64,000 bases of DNA. It comes from an uncultured candidate division Zixibacteria bacterium. GTDB taxonomy: Bacteria > Zixibacteria > MSB-5A5 > UBA10806 > 4484-95. The DNA is taken from assembly GCA_963668625.2 (NCBI GenBank), contig CAXXKA010000006.1, positions 96,001-160,000 of the forward strand, written 5' to 3'. Below, piece by piece: positions 57,365 to 64,000 of this stretch. Made by a program: the position numbers and the translations under genes. The first letter of the stretch is position 1. Each line of letters begins with the position of its first letter. The notes beneath the pieces were generated by a model. That model had not been told where the DNA came from and did not search any database. It worked only from the letters and a program-made list of their open reading frames with translations.

Positions 57365-60256
57365 ATGGTAGCAAAAAAGAAAGCAAAGGCAAAAAAAACA
57401 ACAAAGAAGAAAGCAGCGAAGAAGGTAGCCAAGAAAAAAGTTGCCAAGAAAGTCGCTAAGAAAGTAGCGAAGGAAACAGCAAAGAAAGTAGCAAAGAAAG
57501 CAGTAAAAAAAGTGACTAAAACAGCAGCTAAGAAAAAAGTTGCAGCTAAGAAAAGTGTGAAAAAAGCAGCAACTTCAACATCTAAAAAAGGTAAATTAGT
57601 CTATTTATTTGGCGGTAATAAAGCCGAAGGCGCCGGAGATATGAAAGATCTTCTGGGCGGAAAAGGAGCCGGATTGGCCGAGATGACCAATATCGGAATT
57701 CCTGTTCCTCCGGGATTTACGATCACCACCGATGTCTGTGCGCTTTTCTATGAAAATAACATGGAAGCTCCGAAAGAGCTGGAAAAACAGATGCAGGATG
57801 GAATCAAGCATGTCGAGAAACTCACCGGCAAGAAATTCGGTGATAACTCCGATCCTCTTCTGATTTCCGTGCGTTCGGGCGCCAAATTTTCAATGCCAGG
57901 TATGATGGATACAGTTCTGAACCTTGGTTTAAATGAAGAGACCATTCAGGGCTTGATTGCCAAGACCGAAAACGATCGTTTCGCGTATGACAGCTATCGT
58001 CGTTTTATCCAGATGTTCGGCAATGTCGTTCTGGGAATCGATAAGGCCGAATTCGAGGATATTCTCGAGGCTCGTAAGCACAAGCAGAAAATCAAACTCG
58101 ATGTTGAAATGACTGTCGATGATCTCAAGTATATTATCAAAAAATACAAAGAGAAAGTTAGAGAGAAAACCGGTGATGATTTCCCGCAGGATCCGCAGGT
58201 GCAATTGCAGATGTCCAGGGATGCGGTATTTCGCTCCTGGAACAACCCTCGCGCCATCACTTACCGTAAGTTGAACGATATCCCGGGTGACCTGGGAACG
58301 GCTGTCAACGTGCAGGCTATGGTTTACGGTAATATGGGCGAAAGCTCCGCCACCGGCGTAGGTTTCACCCGCGACCCCTCAACCGGCGCCAAGAAATTCT
58401 ACGGTGAATACCTGACCAACGCCCAGGGCGAGGATGTCGTGGCCGGTATCAGGACACCCAAGCACATCAATGAGCTTTCTAAAGAGATGCCGAAGGTTTA
58501 CAAGCAGCTCAAGGATATCACTGACAGGCTGGAGAAACATTATCGCGATATACAGGATTTCGAGTTCACCATCCAGGAGGGTATCCTGTACATGCTCCAG
58601 ACCAGGACCGGCAAGCGCACCACCGCCTCCGCGGTTAAGATTGCCGTCGATATGGTTAAAGAGAAACTGATCAATAAAGAGGAGGCCCTTCTACGCGTGG
58701 AGCCCCATACACTCGATCAGTTATTACATAAGCAAATTGACCCGAACGCCTCGGTTAACGTAATCGCGACGGGTCTGGCCGCTTCGCCCGGAGCAGCCTC
58801 CGGTATGGCGGTATTTTCCTCGGATGACGCGGTGCGTTTTTCCGAAGCCGGTAAGAAAGTAATCCTGGTAAGGCAGGAAACCAATCCGGATGATATTCAC
58901 GGCATGAACGTGGCCGAGGGTATCCTTACCTCCCGTGGCGGTATGACCTCCCACGCGGCGGTAGTCGCTCGCGGTATGGGAAAATGCTGTGTCGCCGGTG
59001 TCGAGGATATCAAGGTGTATGAGGTCGATCGCAAGTTCATCGTTGGCAAGAGTGTTATCTCCGAAGGTGATATTATCACCTTAAATGGCAGTACCGGTGA
59101 GGTTATGTCAGGTGAAGTGTCGACTATCGATCCCGAGCTTTCCGGTGAATTCGGCACGTTCATGAAATGGGCCGATGATGTTCGTAAGCTTCGCATAAGA
59201 ACCAACGCCGACACGCCGCAGGATGCCAAAGTCGCTCGTTCGTTCGGCGCTGAGGGTATCGGGCTATGCCGAACCGAGCACATGTTTTTCGCCCCGGATC
59301 GCATTCCGATCGTCCAGAAGATGATTTTAGCAGATAACGAACTTGACCGTCGAGAGGCATTGGATAAACTGCTGCCTTATCAGAAAGATGATTTCAAGGG
59401 TATTTTCGAAGCCATGCAGGGATTGCCTGTCACGATCAGGACAATCGACCCACCGCTTCACGAGTTCTTACCTGATAAGGAAGAGGTAGTCAAAGAAATC
59501 GAGAAGATGAAAGGCGAGGGCGCCTGGGATGACGATATCAAGGCCAAGGAAAAAATCCTGTCTCGTATCGATGACCTTACGGAGTTCAACCCCATGATGG
59601 GGCATCGCGGTTGCCGTCTGGGTATCACCTACCCGGAGATTACCGAGATGCAGAGTCGGGCGATATTCTTAGCCGCCTGTGATATGGCAAGGAAAGCCAG
59701 TAAAACTCCGCCGATTCCGGAGATAATGATCCCGCTGGTCGGTACCGTTGCTGAGCTTCGTCACCAGTCCGCCATTGTGCATCGCGTTGCCAAAGAGGTC
59801 ATGACTCAAACCAAGCAGACTATCAAGTACCTGGTTGGCACGATGATCGAGATTCCGCGCGGCGCCGTTACTGCCGACGAGATTGCCGAAGTAGCAGAGT
59901 TCTTCTCGTTCGGCACCAACGATCTCACACAGATGGCGTTCGGTTACTCTCGTGATGATGCCGGCAAATTCATCAAGATTTACCTTGAAAAAGGCATACT
60001 CGAGAAAGACCCGTTTGTCACGCTCGACCAGACCGGTGTTGGCAAACTGATGGAGATCGCGGTAGAGAAGGGTCGCAAGGCCAAACCCGATATCAAGCTG
60101 GGTATCTGTGGCGAACATGGCGGTGATCCTGCCTCGGTTCAGTTCTGCCATAAGCTGGGCTTGGACTACGTTAGTTGTTCACCGTATCGTGTGCCGATTG
60201 CCAGGCTTGCCGCCGCGCATGCCGCATTAGGTACCACCGATTATACGATGAAATAA
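57365..60256 (+). CDS. ppdK: Pyruvate, phosphate dikinase with Lys/Ala-rich N-terminal extension
   Basis: LLGGKGA, SVRSGA, GGMTSHAAVVARG (phospho-His), GLCRTEHMF, FGTNDLTQ, GICGEHGG. Confidence 0.97.
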   Translation: MVAKKKAKAKKTTKKKAAKKVAKKKVAKKVAKKVAKETAKKVAKKAVKKVTKTAAKKKVAAKKSVKKAATSTSKKGKLVYLFGGNKAEGAGDMKDLLGGKGAGLAEMTNIGIPVPPGFTITTDVCALFYENNMEAPKELEKQMQDGIKHVEKLTGKKFGDNSDPLLISVRSGAKFSMPGMMDTVLNLGLNEETIQGLIAKTENDRFAYDSYRRFIQMFGNVVLGIDKAEFEDILEARKHKQKIKLDVEMTVDDLKYIIKKYKEKVREKTGDDFPQDPQVQLQMSRDAVFRSWNNPRAITYRKLNDIPGDLGTAVNVQAMVYGNMGESSATGVGFTRDPSTGAKKFYGEYLTNAQGEDVVAGIRTPKHINELSKEMPKVYKQLKDITDRLEKHYRDIQDFEFTIQEGILYMLQTRTGKRTTASAVKIAVDMVKEKLINKEEALLRVEPHTLDQLLHKQIDPNASVNVIATGLAASPGAASGMAVFSSDDAVRFSEAGKKVILVRQETNPDDIHGMNVAEGILTSRGGMTSHAAVVARGMGKCCVAGVEDIKVYEVDRKFIVGKSVISEGDIITLNGSTGEVMSGEVSTIDPELSGEFGTFMKWADDVRKLRIRTNADTPQDAKVARSFGAEGIGLCRTEHMFFAPDRIPIVQKMILADNELDRREALDKLLPYQKDDFKGIFEAMQGLPVTIRTIDPPLHEFLPDKEEVVKEIEKMKGEGAWDDDIKAKEKILSRIDDLTEFNPMMGHRGCRLGITYPEITEMQSRAIFLAACDMARKASKTPPIPEIMIPLVGTVAELRHQSAIVHRVAKEVMTQTKQTIKYLVGTMIEIPRGAVTADEIAEVAEFFSFGTNDLTQMAFGYSRDDAGKFIKIYLEKGILEKDPFVTLDQTGVGKLMEIAVEKGRKAKPDIKLGICGEHGGDPASVQFCHKLGLDYVSCSPYRVPIARLAAAHAALGTTDYTMK

Positions 60257-60276
60257 ATTCGGATTAACCGATATTT

Positions 60277-60307
60277 AAAAGCCGCTCTTGATGGGCGGCT
60301 TTTTTTT
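60277..60307 (+). terminator. Rho-independent terminator
   Basis: AAAAGCCGCTC-TTGAT-GGGCGGCTTTT followed by a T run. Confidence 0.85.
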
Positions 60308-60439
60308 GATCGATGGATTGATATTCTGTTTGCTTAAAAAACCATCTCACCTCACAGCAGCTGAGATGGGGTACCTTTTAACATCAAACCAATAACATTA
60401 ATTTAAAATACTATAGTAATTTTCTGTTGATGATTACTT

Positions 60440-61594
60440 CTAGATGCCGGATATTTTTTTCATGGCGCGATGAGCATCCATGATAGTGATGAAATTCTGC
60501 AAACGGGAAATCGTAAAATTATCCCGACCCGAGAGCGGGAAAGCATATGACTGAATCAGGTAATCCTCATTCTCGAAACCCTCAACAGCGTCGTCATCGA
60601 AATTGGTTAGCGATACCTTGAAACCGTCCTTCTCCAGAGAATTCCTGTCTATCGTAACCGTATGAGTTTTGAAAGTCGGGATCGTTCGCGTTTCGCCGTT
60701 GCTAAGCCTGACACTGATATGTTCTCGGAAATGAGGCTTTTTCGTGATTTTGATTTTCGCTCCGATAGAAATCGCGAGTAATATATGCCCCAGCCCGGTA
60801 GCCAGTATTGGCCTCAGACCGATCAATCGTGATATGTTGGATATAGCGTAACCCATCTCCTGGGGATGGCCTGGACCGCCTGACAGTAGAATGCCATCCG
60901 GTTTTAAGGCTATCACCTTTTCGGGCGAATAATCGGCGGGCACAACTCTGATATCACAGCCTAATGATTTTAGATTGCGCAGGATAGAGTAGCTTATACC
61001 GAAATCGTAAGCGACTAAATTGAAATTTCTTTCCCGGCCGGTCGCGAATTCCTCATCACGCAAATCCCAGATGAATTCCAGGCGGGTGGAAAGCTCCCGG
61101 GCAGGATCGAAGGTCTTATCCGCTTCAGGTATATCGGGACTATTACCACTGCCGATATCGAGATGGTCGAGGAACATGGTGTTTAATTCCCCCCGGCTGT
61201 GACCTATCATGGCCTGCACGCGGCCAACTTTCTGTAATATCGATTTCAAACCGTCCGAATCGAAAGGTTTAAATAAGCTGATACCGTTCGTTTGAAGGTA
61301 GTTAACCAGGTTATAATAGACATCCCCAATAGGAGAATCGTTGATGTCTCCGAGTACGACAAGGGCTTTTAAGTGAGGCGTGTAGGATTCGATTTCGGAA
61401 TTGAACGGCCAGCGATTATCTATAGCCTCGGAATCGGAAACGACTATGCGGTCATAATTAACCGGGTCAGTTAGAACCTCATAATGAAAATTTTCCGAAT
61501 GATATAATACGATTTCACCGGGAGTGAACTCGCCCGTGCATACCAATTCACCGGCAAAAATATCACCGGTGTCTAATCCCAGAAACGCCTTCAT
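60440..61594 (-). CDS. Carbamoyl-phosphate synthase small-chain (CarA) homolog lacking glutaminase catalytic residues
   Basis: EVLTDP.Y, AYDFGI..SILR.L, PDGILLSGGPG.P. GICLGHQ is ATGLGHI and Q(F/Y)HPE is YAFPL. Confidence 0.8.
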   Translation of the reverse strand: MKAFLGLDTGDIFAGELVCTGEFTPGEIVLYHSENFHYEVLTDPVNYDRIVVSDSEAIDNRWPFNSEIESYTPHLKALVVLGDINDSPIGDVYYNLVNYLQTNGISLFKPFDSDGLKSILQKVGRVQAMIGHSRGELNTMFLDHLDIGSGNSPDIPEADKTFDPARELSTRLEFIWDLRDEEFATGRERNFNLVAYDFGISYSILRNLKSLGCDIRVVPADYSPEKVIALKPDGILLSGGPGHPQEMGYAISNISRLIGLRPILATGLGHILLAISIGAKIKITKKPHFREHISVRLSNGETRTIPTFKTHTVTIDRNSLEKDGFKVSLTNFDDDAVEGFENEDYLIQSYAFPLSGRDNFTISRLQNFITIMDAHRAMKKISGI

Positions 61595-61729
61595 TCTGGG
61601 AGTAATATTTTATAGTGAAAAGACCCGTTTGTCAAGTAATAAGTTGAATTGTTAACTTTTAGACTTATATAGGGTTGATAAATACTAATAATGTTGTCAT
61701 ATTTATTATAATGGTTAAAGAGATGTATT

Positions 61730-62318
61730 ATGAATAAATAGTTACTATTTTGGTTTTATCATGAGTCTCTATTGTTTTTGCCCAGGAAAATTGGGGGTCA
61801 GCCGAATTGTTAGTCATACATTCATCAGGTGATATAGGAACCGCCAACCCGACATTTTATCATGAGGATAGCGTTTATTATGAAAATATTACTTTTGAGG
61901 ATAGTTACTACCGTCTGTATGGGATATCCAGCTACTATGGTTCCGAGGCGGGGGAGATTCCCGGTGATTGGGTGAATATCCCCGAGGTTCACAATATCTC
62001 GCCGTTTGTTTCGTACGATAATAACCAGCTCTATTTCCCCTCTGACAGGCCGGGCGGATACGGCGGATTTGATATCTGGCAAACCGCGCAGGCGTTACCC
62101 GAATCGATTTTTGCCTTACGTTGGCCTCCACTTCAGATGTAAATCTATCGATATATGATATATGCGGACGCAAAGTGGATGAGATATGCGCCGGAAATAT
62201 GCCTGCCGGAGCTAACGATCCTCAGTGGAAACCTGCTAATTTAGGCTCGGGAATTTATTTAAGCCGTCTTTCATTTGATGGCTATACCAGTACTAAAAAG
62301 CTTGTTTATTTGAAGTAA
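61730..62318 (+). pseudogene. Degraded secreted protein with PD40-like repeat and T9SS-like C-terminal domain
   Basis: ATG AAT AAA TAG early stop; SP.VS.D...LYF.SDRPGGYGGFDIW; frameshifted YPNRF and SIYDICGRKV...SGIYLSRL...KKLVYLK. Confidence 0.65.
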
Positions 62319-62525
62319 AGACAATGCAAGTTAACATCAGGCTTTCACTTGCCGGATACCCTTATAAAACGCTTATATAATATTAACGATTAATTTTGTT
62401 GACATCCGGTCGATAAAAGTTATATTTGTCGACTGTATGTTGAGCGGGGTAATACCCGCTTTTAATAACTAAACTGTTAGATAATAACCGGATATGAACC
62501 CGAGGCAGTATTCTGGAGTGGTTGG

Positions 62526-64000
62526 ATGAGACAATCTCAAAAAATAAGCCTAGTTATCGTAGCGCTGCTAATCGTGCTTGCGCTATACGGCCTGTATCCA
62601 TCGTTTGTATTTCATTCGATGAGTCATACAGAGCAAGAAACTCTCAAAGCAGAAAATCCTACTGAGTATTATTCATTAAAAAACAAGGCTATTCGCCTTG
62701 GGCTGGATTTGAAGGGCGGTATGCATATTGTCCTCGAGATCGAAAAGCCCGAGGGCGGCGAGATAGCGGATGTTCAGGATCGTGTCCTGGAGATCATCCG
62801 TAACCGTGTTGACAAAATCGGTGTCACCGAGCCGCAGATTCAGACCTCCGGCCCCGATCGTATAGTGGTTGATCTTCCCGGGTTTACCGATATCGAGCAG
62901 GCCAAAAAATTAATCGGCGAAACTGCCCAGTTGCAGTTTAAACTTCTCCCTGAAGCTGCCGTGATTACCGCAATGCTGAATCAGATAGATTCCGTGCTGG
63001 CGATAAGCTATGCCGATACGGCCGGCACCGATGCGGACGCCGAGGAAAAAGCCGAGGGTGAAGCGGCCGCCGATAGCACAACCAATGATATTCTCGAGAT
63101 GCTGGACGAGCAAGCGCCTGACCAGCCGATTACGCCGGCCGAGGAGGAAGATTATTTCGGGGAGCATCTTTTTACCTCGCTGATATATCAACAGGACGGT
63201 TACGGTTTCACCATCCCCATGGATGATTACTACGAAGCCGAGAAACTGCTGGCCTCGCCAGAGGTTCAGGCGCTTATTCCTCCGGATATTCAGGTAGTTT
63301 GGTCTACCCGTAAAATGTACATGGCCGAACGCGCTTATCAGAAATTATATTTCCTAAAAACACGGGTTGAGATGAGCGGTGAACATCTGGTGAACGCCGT
63401 TCCCGGTTTCGACCAGTTCCGTCAGCCGATAGTATCATTCGAGCTTGATGGCGAAGGCGCTCGTCGCTTTTCGGCATTGACCGGCGCCAATACCGGTAAG
63501 CCGCTGGCGATCGTTCTTGATGATCGCGTCGAATCCACGCCCGAGATCAGGACGAGGATTCGTGACCGCGGACAGATTGAACTTGGTGGTAACGCCGATT
63601 GGGAAGATGCCAGACTTCTGGCCGTAGTGCTGAAAGCCGGTGCTTTACCTGCGAAAGTTAATATTATACAGAATTCGGTAGTTGGACCTTCTTTAGGTCA
63701 GGACTCTATCAATAAAGGCAAATTGGCCTCCCTGATCGGGCTGGCCGCGGTGGTTCTGTTCATGTTCATCTATTATAGGATGTCGGGTCTTATCGCCGAT
63801 TTCGCGTTGTTCCTGAACTTCCTGTTCATATTCGGGTTTATGATTATCCCGGGTATCGGAGCTACCCTGACCTTGCCGGGTATAGCGGGAATTATCCTGA
63901 CTATGGGTATCTCGGTCGACTCGAATGTGCTGATATTCGAGCGAATACGAGAGGAGCTGCGAACCGGCAAAACTGTCCGGGCGGCAATTGATGCCGGCTA
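62526..64000 (+). CDS. secD: Protein translocase subunit SecD (3' end outside the window; not in the ORF track)
   Basis: Manual translation MRQSQKISLV...IRLGLDLKGGMHIVLE...RNRVDKIGVTEPQIQ...LKAGALPA...VGPSLGQDSI...TLTLPGIAGIILTMGISVDSNVLIFERIREE. Confidence 0.96.
   Translation, partial: MRQSQKISLVIVALLIVLALYGLYPSFVFHSMSHTEQETLKAENPTEYYSLKNKAIRLGLDLKGGMHIVLEIEKPEGGEIADVQDRVLEIIRNRVDKIGVTEPQIQTSGPDRIVVDLPGFTDIEQAKKLIGETAQLQFKLLPEAAVITAMLNQIDSVLAISYADTAGTDADAEEKAEGEAAADSTTNDILEMLDEQAPDQPITPAEEEDYFGEHLFTSLIYQQDGYGFTIPMDDYYEAEKLLASPEVQALIPPDIQVVWSTRKMYMAERAYQKLYFLKTRVEMSGEHLVNAVPGFDQFRQPIVSFELDGEGARRFSALTGANTGKPLAIVLDDRVESTPEIRTRIRDRGQIELGGNADWEDARLLAVVLKAGALPAKVNIIQNSVVGPSLGQDSINKGKLASLIGLAAVVLFMFIYYRMSGLIADFALFLNFLFIFGFMIIPGIGATLTLPGIAGIILTMGISVDSNVLIFERIREELRTGKTVRAAIDAG

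Noticed and set aside
1-64000. tRNA, rRNA or known riboswitch genes
   Set aside because: None recognised by eye in the intergenic regions; a covariance search was not possible, so weak ones could be missed.

Overview
This is a bacterial chromosomal window using standard code 11, since TGA ends several ordinary genes such as uvrA and hflX. Dockerin-like and 'NYPNPFN' C-terminal sorting-domain proteins suggest an FCB-related lineage such as candidate Zixibacteria (inference only). Housekeeping blocks include mfd with three PpiC/SurA foldases, an S4 protein and hflX; uvrA with GAAC-N4-GTTC-like boxes; an M16 peptidase pair; Mrp/NifU; a transketolase-like gene; ppdK; and a partial secD. A metabolic cluster joins the archaeal-type HMG-CoA synthase/thiolase/DUF35 trio to methylcrotonyl-CoA carboxylase and methylglutaconyl-CoA hydratase homologs. 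Mobile DNA includes a REP-associated tyrosine transposase with its palindromes, other palindrome families, a 186-bp tandem array, a CTAG-bounded MITE-like structure and an IS110 with a structured 5' non-coding end next to a DUF5131/TcmP pair. The most striking signal is absent from the ORF track. Three tiny minus-strand ORFs at 30.7-31.8 kb each encode one transmembrane helix, then an in-frame UGA at codon 30/31/31, then a hairpin with a CG(G/U)GC loop 20-23 nt downstream, and the frame stays open. This is a candidate array of small membrane selenoproteins. All calls come from motif recognition by eye; no searches were run.
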